IMG/VR virus record: IMGVR_UViG_3300034101_003180
Span: 748-64,747 of that record
Direction: 5' to 3' (one strand)
Source of the DNA: a virus
Taxonomy: Duplodnaviria; Caudoviricetes
Length of the DNA: 64,000 nt
In this document: positions 47,996 through 56,407 of the stretch, one piece after another
How the letters are laid out: every line of letters starts with the position of its first letter
Position numbering within the stretch: position 1 is the stretch's first letter
Position numbers and translations under genes: made by a program
Notes under the pieces: generated by a model
The model's database searches: none
What the model was told of the DNA's origin: nothing
Seen by the model: the letters and a program-made list of their open reading frames with translations, nothing else

Positions 47996-49300
47996 ATGCC
48001 TACAATTTATAACTATAATTCATCTAAACACGATTTATACTATTACAATAGTGGACCAACTATTGATCCTCAAAATTATTCAAATAACGTTGCGGTATAT
48101 GGTGTTTCATATAACAATCAATTATACATCAATGATGTAGAATATGGTTTTACTTTTTCTGTAGATTTTAGCGGTATATCGGTAAGACCTAGGGGAGCAC
48201 CCGGTTATGGATTTGATACTTACAATGGACATTTGGCTTCAGGTATCACAATTAATCCAGCACCAGGAGGAACTATTGGATATCCAAATGCATTATCTTT
48301 TTCCATATTAGCAGAAGGTTTTACTTCTTGTTATTATCCTGGTTGCCCATCAGGAAACTTTACAAAAGCCTCAGATTACAATTATTGGAATAATGGTGTC
48401 TTTGGTTGTATATTAATTAGTCCAAAGCATTTTATTGCATGTCAACATTTTGTCGGCAGCACAACAGCAACAACCGTAAGATTTCTTGGAAAGAATAATC
48501 AAACTTATGTTAAGACTGCTCAAAAAGTAGTAGATCTTAGATCTTCACCAATCATTGCTCCCCCCGGCTATAGTTGGCCATATTTAACACCAGATATATG
48601 TGTTTTTGAAATTGATGATGGACAAGAATTTTCTTCATCAGATTTAAATCAAGTAAAAGCATATAAATTTATAAATCTATATGGAATACCCACAACAGCA
48701 CCAGCATTCTGTGTTACAGCACAATCACAAGTTGTGGTAACACAAGCACAACAATCCTTTTCAAATTATTATTTTAATTCTTCAACATACCCCAATGCAG
48801 CATATAGCGCATCTTTAAACTCTTCAGGCAATTTAGTTTTAAATTCTACCTTTGAACTTCGTGCTGGAGATAGCGGAACTCCAGCACTTGTTTATATACC
48901 TAGATTAAATGAAACATGTTTTGCATATTTGATTAGAGGTGGTGGTGGTATCTATGATCCATTTTTAACACCAGCAGATTCATATAAACAGTTTTTTGAT
49001 GCATTGCAGGAATATATATTTGACACATCTTCTTACAATATAGAACTAATAAATTACTTAGATCCACCTCCTGCACCACCTGTACCCGGACCTAGTGCAC
49101 CATATCCTGCATCATTAAATATAAATGGAAATACCTATAGTTTAGATACGTTAATAGATCCATCATCGGGAACAACTTTATCCTATACTGCAAATTTAGC
49201 CCCCGGTGCAACATACAGCATTGCAGTTGTGTCTTGGAACAAATATGGAATTTCCAACCCGGTTTATGTAGAAAACATTTATATTCCAGAAATTAGTTAA
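47996..49300 (+). CDS. Trypsin-like serine protease followed by C-terminal half of an FN3 domain
   Basis: ILISPKHFIACQH, PDICV, GDSGTP triad motifs; SYTANLAPGATYSIAVVSWNKYGIS. Confidence 0.75.
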   Translation: MPTIYNYNSSKHDLYYYNSGPTIDPQNYSNNVAVYGVSYNNQLYINDVEYGFTFSVDFSGISVRPRGAPGYGFDTYNGHLASGITINPAPGGTIGYPNALSFSILAEGFTSCYYPGCPSGNFTKASDYNYWNNGVFGCILISPKHFIACQHFVGSTTATTVRFLGKNNQTYVKTAQKVVDLRSSPIIAPPGYSWPYLTPDICVFEIDDGQEFSSSDLNQVKAYKFINLYGIPTTAPAFCVTAQSQVVVTQAQQSFSNYYFNSSTYPNAAYSASLNSSGNLVLNSTFELRAGDSGTPALVYIPRLNETCFAYLIRGGGGIYDPFLTPADSYKQFFDALQEYIFDTSSYNIELINYLDPPPAPPVPGPSAPYPASLNINGNTYSLDTLIDPSSGTTLSYTANLAPGATYSIAVVSWNKYGISNPVYVENIYIPEIS

Positions 49301-49317
49301 TAACATAAATATTTTAA

Positions 49318-49971
49318 ATGGCCCTTAATCCTTATTTCAATAATTATGCAGGAGAACAAAATTTAGTTGAAGATATAACTATTGAAGTTATAAAAGCAAC
49401 TGGAACAAATTGTGTTTATGTTCCAAGAGAATATCTAAACATTGATAAAGTTTTTGGTGAAGATCCTGGAACTAAGTTTATTAATTCTTACCCCATTGAA
49501 ATGTATTTGCTTACATATAAAGGATTTGAGGGTACTGATGTAATAAGTCAGTTTGGTTTGGAAATTCGGGACAAAGTTGTTTTAGTGTTGGCAAGAAAAA
49601 GATTTAAAGAAGAAGTTACAAATAACAATTCTAGCATAACCAGACCAAGAGAAGGTGATTTGATCTATTTTCCTTTGGCAAATTCTTTATTTGAAATAAA
49701 TTTTGTGGAACATGAAAATCCGTTTTATCCGCTTGGAAAATTGTATTCTTATACAATAACTGCAGAACTCTTCACTTACAGTTATGAGAAGATGAATACT
49801 AAAAACACATCAATTGATTCTGTTTACAACACAACTAAGGGAGCATGTGCTGCTAATATAATACCTATGAACAATATGTTGGGAACTACTGCAGGAATAA
49901 ATGATGTTCTTGAAAGTGAATCTTCTCTATATTCATTCAATGAAAATGATCCAAATGAAGCCTGCCCTTAA
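49318..49971 (+). CDS. gp14: Neck protein
   Basis: MALNPYF...EQNLVEDI..E.IK..G....YVPR, RPREGDLIYFP...LFEI.FVEHE.PFY.LGK. Confidence 0.92.
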   Translation: MALNPYFNNYAGEQNLVEDITIEVIKATGTNCVYVPREYLNIDKVFGEDPGTKFINSYPIEMYLLTYKGFEGTDVISQFGLEIRDKVVLVLARKRFKEEVTNNNSSITRPREGDLIYFPLANSLFEINFVEHENPFYPLGKLYSYTITAELFTYSYEKMNTKNTSIDSVYNTTKGACAANIIPMNNMLGTTAGINDVLESESSLYSFNENDPNEACP

Positions 49972-50015
49972 TAAATTTATATAAATATTTCAAGATAATA
50001 AAACAAAGGCAAAAA

Positions 50016-50405
50016 ATGCAAAACAATGACCATCACTACAAGTTAAGATGTGCAAAATTAAATGAAATGAAGAAAAAGTTAATAGCAGATTTAAATTTGA
50101 TTAATGAGCAATTGGCAGCGCAATCAATGCCACAAGGTGTTCAAACTCAACCAAATGCTGTTAATAAAGGAAAACAAGATCCAAAAAAATCAATTGAGGC
50201 ACCAGTTAAAATGCAACATGGTTTTGCTCATACAGGAAATGCTGCAGAAGCACAAGAAGATATTTTAAAAAGTTATTCCGATAACCCCGAAACAGAAGAT
50301 CAAGAAATGGCAAAAGATGCTTCTTGGCAATCTGTAAATTCTGCAGTTGGAAATTATATGACACAACAAGTTGCTAAACTTGCAAAATCACAATACATGG
50401 CCTAA
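50016..50405 (+). CDS. Hypothetical late protein
   Basis: 129 aa, LINE site. Confidence 0.6.
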   Translation: MQNNDHHYKLRCAKLNEMKKKLIADLNLINEQLAAQSMPQGVQTQPNAVNKGKQDPKKSIEAPVKMQHGFAHTGNAAEAQEDILKSYSDNPETEDQEMAKDASWQSVNSAVGNYMTQQVAKLAKSQYMA

Positions 50406-51127
50406 TGAAAACTTTTGGTCAATTTATCACAGAGTCATCAGATCTGACTTTAAGATACCATAATGAATTAAATTCAAAGTTGTGGCATGGTGATAAATTA
50501 AAACCAGAAGTACGTGAAAAATTAATAGACATAGGAAATGCTTGGGCAGAATTTTCTAAGATCCCCCAAGAAGCAGTCAAAGATATGATTCTTGTTGGTG
50601 GAAATGCAAATTTTAATTATACAGATTATTCAGATATAGATTTACATCTTTTGGTAGATAAAGAAGAGATGCCTGATTGTCCAGATTTGTTGGATGACTT
50701 TTTAAAAGATAAAAAACAATTGTGGTCATTATCACATGATATTTCGATATATGGGCACGATGTAGAATTATATGCACAAGATATAAATGATGAATTTCCA
50801 GCAAGTCAAGGAGTTTATAGTTTAACTCAAAACAACTGGATGGTTCCTCCAACAAAACAAGAAGTAAATTTTGATGATCCAAATCTTATAAGAAAAATTA
50901 ACGATTATACAAATAAGATTAATGATTTGATAGATTCAAATGCAGAGGATGAATCTTTTAAAAAATTGAAGAAAAAGTTTGGTGATATGAGAAAAGCAGG
51001 TATTAAAAAGGCTGGTGAATTTTCTCAAGAAAACTTAATTTTTAAAGAACTTAGAAATAAGGGATATTTGGATAAAATGAATCAATATATCAAATCCAAA
51101 GAAGATGAAAAATTAAGTTTAAAATAA
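50405..51127 (+). CDS. Pol-beta superfamily nucleotidyltransferase with capsid-targeting-like N-terminus
   Basis: LVGGNANFNY..YSDIDLHL, VELY; MKTFGQFITE. Confidence 0.82.
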   Translation: MKTFGQFITESSDLTLRYHNELNSKLWHGDKLKPEVREKLIDIGNAWAEFSKIPQEAVKDMILVGGNANFNYTDYSDIDLHLLVDKEEMPDCPDLLDDFLKDKKQLWSLSHDISIYGHDVELYAQDINDEFPASQGVYSLTQNNWMVPPTKQEVNFDDPNLIRKINDYTNKINDLIDSNAEDESFKKLKKKFGDMRKAGIKKAGEFSQENLIFKELRNKGYLDKMNQYIKSKEDEKLSLK

Positions 51128-51153
51128 TATAAATAATTAACACAGGATAAAAA

Positions 51154-51819
51154 ATGGATCCAACATATAGAAAAATCGAACAATTGCTCACTACAACTCA
51201 AATGCTCGCAGAAGAATTAGAAATCGTTTATGATATTCTAGACAATCTTTTTGAAGAGGAAGATTATGATCTCTCTGTAGAAGCACTTCTTGAAAAGAAG
51301 AACTGGATTCAAAAGGCTATCAAGAAAGAGGGTTCCCTTCGTAAGACTTTGAAAGCAAAGAAGGGAAAGAATATCCCAGCATCCAAACTAAAGAAAGCTG
51401 CAGAGAAGGGTGGAAAGACTGGTAAGCGTGCTCGTCTTGCTATGACTCTTCGTAAACTAAATGAAACTGTAGATAGAAATGGTGATGGAGACATTGATGC
51501 TTCTGACTTTGCACAACAACAATTTGAATGGACTCAAATTGGTGGTTGGGATGTCCCATCAAGAGAATTTGGTGAAGGATGGTTGGCTGCAACAGAACTT
51601 GGAAGACAGGCATCAGCAGCAAAATATGGCTCACCACAACAAGTAGAACTTTCTAGAGCCGCGCTTTCTGCAAGAAAGCAAATGGAAGCCCACCCACATT
51701 TTGGTGAATTTAGAAAAGGACATCCAAGAAAAAGAAATCAACCAAAAGGACCCGAAATGGGCCCATATATCCCAGCCTCACCAAGTGAACGGGCTTCAGG
51801 ATTGTTTGGAGCAGACTAA
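51154..51819 (+). CDS. Putative internal protein with basic module and EF-hand-like motif
   Basis: NWIQKAIKK.G.LR...IP..KL.KAA...GKTGKRARLA.TLRK; DRNGDGDIDASD. Confidence 0.7.
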   Translation: MDPTYRKIEQLLTTTQMLAEELEIVYDILDNLFEEEDYDLSVEALLEKKNWIQKAIKKEGSLRKTLKAKKGKNIPASKLKKAAEKGGKTGKRARLAMTLRKLNETVDRNGDGDIDASDFAQQQFEWTQIGGWDVPSREFGEGWLAATELGRQASAAKYGSPQQVELSRAALSARKQMEAHPHFGEFRKGHPRKRNQPKGPEMGPYIPASPSERASGLFGAD

Positions 51820-51848
51820 CTCCCCACTAGGAATAGTATTCTTAGTCC

Positions 51849-51881
51849 GGCAACCCCGAGTTAATCGGGGTTGTTTCTTTC
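51849..51881 (+). terminator. Intrinsic terminator
   Basis: GGCAACCCCGA-GTTAA-TCGGGGTTGTT-TCTTT. Confidence 0.75.
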
Positions 51882-52139
51882 TACAAAAGCAACCCAGTCT
51901 TGATGAACTACATGGTTGCCTTGATATCCATCTTTAATCTTACTTACATCCCACCAGATAATATCACCAACTTGGATATCCTCAGTAAGTTTATTACCAA
52001 CTGCTTCTACTTTTGCTGGGACAATTTTTGAACTTGATCGTTCATTGTATATAATTCCTGCAGCAGTAGTCTTTTGACCACCGATCAAAGACTTTGCGAG
52101 TATCCATTTACCTACTGGTTTCATTGGTTTGTCTTTCAT
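51861..52139 (-). CDS. groES: GroES/Cpn10 co-chaperonin
   Basis: MKPVGKWIL...KTTAAGII...VEAVG...IQVGD; start 2 nt after tRNA-Gln. Confidence 0.8.
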   Translation of the reverse strand: MKDKPMKPVGKWILAKSLIGGQKTTAAGIIYNERSSSKIVPAKVEAVGNKLTEDIQVGDIIWWDVSKIKDGYQGNHVVHQDWVAFVERNNPD

Positions 52140-52141
52140 AA

Positions 52142-52212
52142 TTCCTTCGCTAGGATTCGAACCTAGAAAGAGAGATCCAAAGTCTCCCGTGTTACCGTTA
52201 CACCACGAAGGA
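52142..52212 (-). tRNA. trnQ: tRNA-Gln(UUG), no CCA
   Basis: TCCTTCG/CGAAGGA, CTTTGGA loop, TTCGAAT. Confidence 0.9.
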
Positions 52213-52758
52213 GTGAACCTTGGCACAATAATTATTCATTATAATGCCAGAGGCAGTACCAACATTGATGCTTCTCACAGAACCATACTGAGGAATGTAA
52301 AGAAGATCATCACACATATCTAGAACGTTTTCAGGAACTCCAATTTGTTCCTGCCCAAAGATCATAATATAATGCACATTGGGGTCAAAGTCAAATGCAT
52401 TTATGTCTTTTGCTTCACGTACATTGTCAATTCCCAATAGTTTAACTTTGTTTTCATGCTTGGAAATAGTTTCTTCAATGTAGGAGCCGAGATCTTCAAT
52501 GCTCCGGACATGACGAAGGTGGGTGTAGTGATGAGTACCGACAGTCCCCCGCCTATCGTACTTTTTATTCCCATAGATTACGACTTCTTTCGCCAGAAAC
52601 GCATTGCTGTTGCGTATAATGGTAGCAATATTAAAATCGTTCCCAATGTTGCAACACACAACAGCATAGTTATGGCGCTTGCTGTCAAGATTAGTGAGTA
52701 TAGCTTCGTCATCCCAATATTTATAATGGTCTATGAGATTACGGGTTTCCGGATTCAT
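52198..52758 (-). CDS. TrmH/SpoU-family RNA methyltransferase
   Basis: N...DFNIATIIRNSNAF, IFGQEQIGV, IPQYGSVRSINV..ASGI SPOUT motifs; stop lies inside tRNA-Gln. Confidence 0.88.
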   Translation of the reverse strand: MNPETRNLIDHYKYWDDEAILTNLDSKRHNYAVVCCNIGNDFNIATIIRNSNAFLAKEVVIYGNKKYDRRGTVGTHHYTHLRHVRSIEDLGSYIEETISKHENKVKLLGIDNVREAKDINAFDFDPNVHYIMIFGQEQIGVPENVLDMCDDLLYIPQYGSVRSINVGTASGIIMNNYCAKVHSFVV

Positions 52759-52900
52759 ATACAGCTAGTTTTACTTCAAGATCTTTTACACGGGCTTCCA
52801 AACGTTCAAACACTATGAGTTGCATAAAAAATGTTATGCATAAAATTGCTGATGCAAACAACGCATCATAGTATGTGAAATATTTTTTCTCGTTATTCAT
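52739..52900 (-). CDS. Small single-TM protein
   Basis: MNNEKKYF...ALFASAILCITFFMQLIVF. Confidence 0.55.
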   Translation of the reverse strand: MNNEKKYFTYYDALFASAILCITFFMQLIVFERLEARVKDLEVKLAVYESGNP

Positions 52901-53138
52901 CTTTTCCCTTTCCCCATCCACCACCATTTTCATATTCCTTTAAAATTGAATGACTTGTATCTACATGATCTTTATAAATTTCATTGAGTCTATGTTGCAT
53001 TGGAAAATGCTTCAAAACTCTTGCAGCCCGTTCTCTCACATCTGACGGAACTTTGGGCGTGTGAGCAGGATTTAAAAGATCATAAAGAAAGTTTTTGACG
53101 GCAACTAAACTATGATACTCTTCGTGTGGTAATGTCAT
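52893..53138 (-). CDS. BPSL0761-family-like small protein
   Basis: MTLP.E...L.....FL.DL.....TP.VP..VR.RA...L.HFP; start 2 nt after tRNA-Glu. Confidence 0.7.
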   Translation of the reverse strand: MTLPHEEYHSLVAVKNFLYDLLNPAHTPKVPSDVRERAARVLKHFPMQHRLNEIYKDHVDTSHSILKEYENGGGWGKGKDE

Positions 53139-53140
53139 AA

Positions 53141-53214
53141 TGATCCCTAGGGGATTCGAACCCCTGTTATGGCCTTGAAAGGGCCGTGTCCTAGACCGAC
53201 TAGACGAAGGGACC
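53141..53214 (-). tRNA. trnE: tRNA-Glu(UUC), no CCA
   Basis: GGTCCCT/AGGGATC, CTTTCAA loop, TTCGAAT. Confidence 0.9.
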
Positions 53215-53217
53215 AGT

Positions 53218-53382
53218 TCATTCGTTCTTAGCTTTGATTTCAAGGGCAAGGAAAGCAAGAATCATACCAACAACACTTCCAACAACAGCACCTTCGTAAT
53301 TTTTGTAAAAGAGAAATCCAACGAGATTGATGGCGATCAAAATTATCATTGGAACCATGAGTTTGTTCAGTACATTTTTCAT
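53218..53382 (-). CDS. 54-aa two-TM protein (not in ORF track)
   Basis: MKNVLNKLMVPMIILIAINLVGFLFY...; TTGACT-16-TAATAT 6 nt upstream. Confidence 0.65.
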   Translation of the reverse strand: MKNVLNKLMVPMIILIAINLVGFLFYKNYEGAVVGSVVGMILAFLALEIKAKNE

Positions 53383-53436
53383 ATGCTTATATTAGCATAC
53401 AGGGGAGCATAGTCAAGAAATTGTCTAAATAATTTT

Positions 53437-54060
53437 ATGGACTACCTTACAAAATATTATAAAAATTTATCGGAAGATTTATCTCATAAAGTTAAGTTGT
53501 TAGAAAATTTTCTTTATGAAATGGATACACAGATTTCTAGAGGAAACGTATCAGCAGAAACATCTGCATCTTCTGCACCTGAGATAGACATATATACCAG
53601 TCCTTTTGATCCCCGTTTTTTTGACTCTGATAAGCCGACCTATCCGGAGCTTCCGGGTCTTCCTAGAAGACCAGACAGGAGAGTTCCAAGCGATATAGAC
53701 GGTCCAGAATTTCGTAGAGGAGCGCCACCACATCCTGGACCACGACCAGAACCAAGAGATGGAGAAACCGAAGAACAATATCAGGAACGTCTTCGTGCAT
53801 GGGAAGCGGCAGAAAGACGGAGATCGATGTGGTTTAAGATTCGTAGCTACAATGTAGATAGTGTTCCTGGTGGAGAATATTTAGACATAAGAGTTTGGCC
53901 AAATCCTCCAAAAATGCCGTATCGTCGTATTGATAATGGAAATGGTGGATACAATTATGATGCATTGCCACCATTCAGAGTAGGTGATACGTACATTACT
54001 CAAAATGGAGATGTATGGCGTGTGAATCAACAAGGATATTGGGAACAGGTAAGTAGCTAA
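53437..54060 (+). CDS. Putative internal protein; N-terminus paralogous to 44139
   Basis: MDYLTKYYKNLSEDL vs MNYLTNYYKNLSEQL. Confidence 0.7.
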   Translation: MDYLTKYYKNLSEDLSHKVKLLENFLYEMDTQISRGNVSAETSASSAPEIDIYTSPFDPRFFDSDKPTYPELPGLPRRPDRRVPSDIDGPEFRRGAPPHPGPRPEPRDGETEEQYQERLRAWEAAERRRSMWFKIRSYNVDSVPGGEYLDIRVWPNPPKMPYRRIDNGNGGYNYDALPPFRVGDTYITQNGDVWRVNQQGYWEQVSS

Positions 54061-54061
54061 T

Positions 54062-55171
54062 TTATAGAAACTTATTTACTTCCTGTATTCTCTCAGCGAT
54101 CCATTCCATACAGTTCACAGCCATACTATTTCCAAGAACTTTATACCTGTGACCATCTGGACACTCAGGCTTTCCACGCCAAGGAATTAAAGTATAATCA
54201 TCGGGAAAGCCCTGAAGTCTTTCACATTCACGGGGAGTCAGTTTACGCACTCGACTTCTCTGTTGGGTTGGCACAGAAACAAATAAGCCACACTCGTCAC
54301 CAGCAGGACCACCTGAGCCTTTCGCCCATTTGCTGGTTACGGTATCTGAGCAAGTAGGATCGTTGCCACCGTAGAATGGCATGTTCACGATGGCAGCAAA
54401 CGAAGCATTATCTCTTGCCAAAGTATGACAAGGATCACCGGGCACACGACTCTGCCTATTGATGGGTGCAGTTATTTGGAAGAGGTCGTAGGGAACGGGG
54501 ATGTAGGTGTCTCCGTCTTCTCGGTGTCTTGACCAGCCTCTTGCTCCAAGGCACTTTGCAATATCTTCGGGAGAACCTTCCCCCGCTTTGCTGCGCGACT
54601 TAGAATGCCTTTGCAGGCTTTGGGACTCAAAAAGAACTTGGGCTGCACTGGTTGTGTCTCCAAGACATCCGACAACGAAGACACGTCTCCTACGCTGCGG
54701 CACGGCAAAGGGGTGCCCGTGTGTTCTGACCCATTGAGCGTCCAAGATCCGGTAGGCCCACCCATACCCCAAGTCCCCCAGCGCCCCGAGGAAGGTTCCA
54801 AAATCCCTTCCTCCGTTGCTGGACAGAACACCGGGGACATTTTCCCACACAATCCATCGGGGGCGCTGACTCCTAGCGATCTCAAGGTAAGTGAGCATGA
54901 GTCCTCCACGGGGATCGGAGAGTCCTCCTCTGAATCCTGCCAAAGAGAAAGACTGGCACGGAGTACCCCCAACGAGGAGGTCAATTTGTTCTTTGATTTC
55001 CCATTTTTCATAATTTGTCATGTCTCCAAAGTTTGGAACATTCGGATAATGGTGAGCCAATACAGCAGATGGAAATGGATCAACCTCGCTGAATCCAACG
55101 GGTTGCCACCCAAGAGGATGCCATGCAACCGTAGCGGCTTCAATACCAGAACATACTGATAAGTATTTCAT
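54062..55171 (-). CDS. C5 cytosine DNA methyltransferase
   Basis: SVCSGIE, GGTPCQSFS, WENVPG, PQRRRRVF, LTPRECERLQGFP, GNS. Confidence 0.93.
   Translation of the reverse strand: MKYLSVCSGIEAATVAWHPLGWQPVGFSEVDPFPSAVLAHHYPNVPNFGDMTNYEKWEIKEQIDLLVGGTPCQSFSLAGFRGGLSDPRGGLMLTYLEIARSQRPRWIVWENVPGVLSSNGGRDFGTFLGALGDLGYGWAYRILDAQWVRTHGHPFAVPQRRRRVFVVGCLGDTTSAAQVLFESQSLQRHSKSRSKAGEGSPEDIAKCLGARGWSRHREDGDTYIPVPYDLFQITAPINRQSRVPGDPCHTLARDNASFAAIVNMPFYGGNDPTCSDTVTSKWAKGSGGPAGDECGLFVSVPTQQRSRVRKLTPRECERLQGFPDDYTLIPWRGKPECPDGHRYKVLGNSMAVNCMEWIAERIQEVNKFL
54472..55011 (-). CDS. Nested alternative-frame polypeptide resembling M.EcoHK31I beta subunit (start may be 54840)
   Basis: SLSDVLE...KFFLSPKAC.GIL.RA.KRGK.LP..L..AL in a shifted frame within the MTase. 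Confidence 0.65.
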   Translation of the reverse strand: MKNGKSKNKLTSSLGVLRASLSLWQDSEEDSPIPVEDSCSLTLRSLGVSAPDGLCGKMSPVFCPATEEGILEPSSGRWGTWGMGGPTGSWTLNGSEHTGTPLPCRSVGDVSSLSDVLETQPVQPKFFLSPKACKGILSRAAKRGKVLPKILQSALEQEAGQDTEKTETPTSPFPTTSSK

Positions 55172-55599
55172 ATTAATTCGTTAGAAGAATCAGTTGTATG
55201 TGGCACACCGTCTCTTATTCGCTCCAAATATCTGACGGCATTCAAAACACCTTCAAGATCATCACCTAATTTTCCAATTCCAATATTACAGAGATCACAT
55301 ATCCAACCACGAAACTTATTGGTCTTGTAATCATGATCTAAAATAAGTTTTCCTTTTGGTCTATCTTTCGGACTTTTTCCACAACATTGACATAATTCTG
55401 TAACAGGAGGTGCAGTCTTATGTATTTCTCTTATAACTTTATCAAATTTTCTACCACAATCCACACAACGAGGATGATAATAATTTCTATCTTTTCTAAA
55501 AGAAGAAATGGGTTTTCTTTCCTTGCAACGAATACAAATTTTTGTAGTAATCAATTTAGGTTGACTTACTTCAAAAATTTTGTTTAATTCTTCTTTCAT
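55168..55599 (-). CDS. Endonuclease VII-like His-Me finger nuclease
   Basis: CxxC repeats, LDHD.....RGWIC..CN..IG...D; start 8 nt after tRNA-Pro. Confidence 0.85.
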   Translation of the reverse strand: MKEELNKIFEVSQPKLITTKICIRCKERKPISSFRKDRNYYHPRCVDCGRKFDKVIREIHKTAPPVTELCQCCGKSPKDRPKGKLILDHDYKTNKFRGWICDLCNIGIGKLGDDLEGVLNAVRYLERIRDGVPHTTDSSNELI

Positions 55600-55607
55600 T
55601 GTATTAG

Positions 55608-55681
55608 TCGGGCATGCTGGATTTGAACCAACGACATCTTGCTCCCAAAGCAAGCACTCTACCAAGCTGAGTTAATGCCCG
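55608..55681 (-). tRNA. trnP: tRNA-Pro(UGG), no CCA
   Basis: CGGGCAT/ATGCCCG, TTTGGGA loop, TTCAAAT. Confidence 0.9.
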
Positions 55682-56121
55682 CGCTTCCTTCTTGCAATTA
55701 TAGCAGCAATTCCAAGCATTGCAAGAACTCCTGGTGCAGGAACATCAGGAGGCTCACATTCGCTTCCATTCAATTCGGTAGAAGCCTGCATACAGACGCT
55801 CTCAATGCGATCATGGGCAACAGGAATGAACATATCCTGATCCACGGTCTGAACGGTCATCACAAGCCTACCACCGTTGAAGATCTTATGGACCCAAAAT
55901 CCGTCAAAAGATCCCATGAAGTATTTATTTGCAGTTTCAGGATAATTTGAAACCGTATTATTTGAAATAGACTCCTTGATGGGCTCGGTGATCGTGAACT
56001 GCGTATCGAACACAAGCCTATCGGTGAAAGTGACTTCCTGATAAATTGCTCCCTGATACTCGGAGCGAGAGAAAGTCTGGCCGTTTGAATTATAGATTGT
56101 AGATGTAGGTACAATAGCCAT
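55672..56121 (-). CDS. Protein with PEP-CTERM-like (VPAPG) sorting tail
   Basis: VPAPGVLAMLGIAAIIARRKR; stop lies inside tRNA-Pro. Confidence 0.75.
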   Translation of the reverse strand: MAIVPTSTIYNSNGQTFSRSEYQGAIYQEVTFTDRLVFDTQFTITEPIKESISNNTVSNYPETANKYFMGSFDGFWVHKIFNGGRLVMTVQTVDQDMFIPVAHDRIESVCMQASTELNGSECEPPDVPAPGVLAMLGIAAIIARRKRGH

Positions 56122-56122
56122 T

Positions 56123-56407
56123 TTATTTTCTATTCTTGTAAGCGAGTTTAATATCTTCGATAATTTTATCTGCAATTACTTGCCAACCATCCACAGCAGT
56201 CAAATCTTCACATGCTTCAACAGTCACAGCAAAATTTATTTCAATGTAGTTGCTGAACATCTTTTCACGAACCCACCAAACATAAGGTGAGTTTCTAACT
56301 CTATCAATTTCTCCCTTGAGTTTGTAATACTCAACTTCATCAAGACATTTCATTTGTCTCTTGTATTTTGGTTCGGGAGCAGTGTAAAATTCTTCATCAT
56401 TGCACAT
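56123..56407 (-). CDS. Hypothetical protein
   Basis: 94 aa, TAATG coupling. Confidence 0.6.
   Translation of the reverse strand: MCNDEEFYTAPEPKYKRQMKCLDEVEYYKLKGEIDRVRNSPYVWWVREKMFSNYIEINFAVTVEACEDLTAVDGWQVIADKIIEDIKLAYKNRK

Noticed and set aside
46499-55665. ORF-track starts at 46499, 52226, 53258 and 55665
   Set aside because: These N-terminal extensions run through tRNA genes; the credible ATGs lie just after the tRNAs
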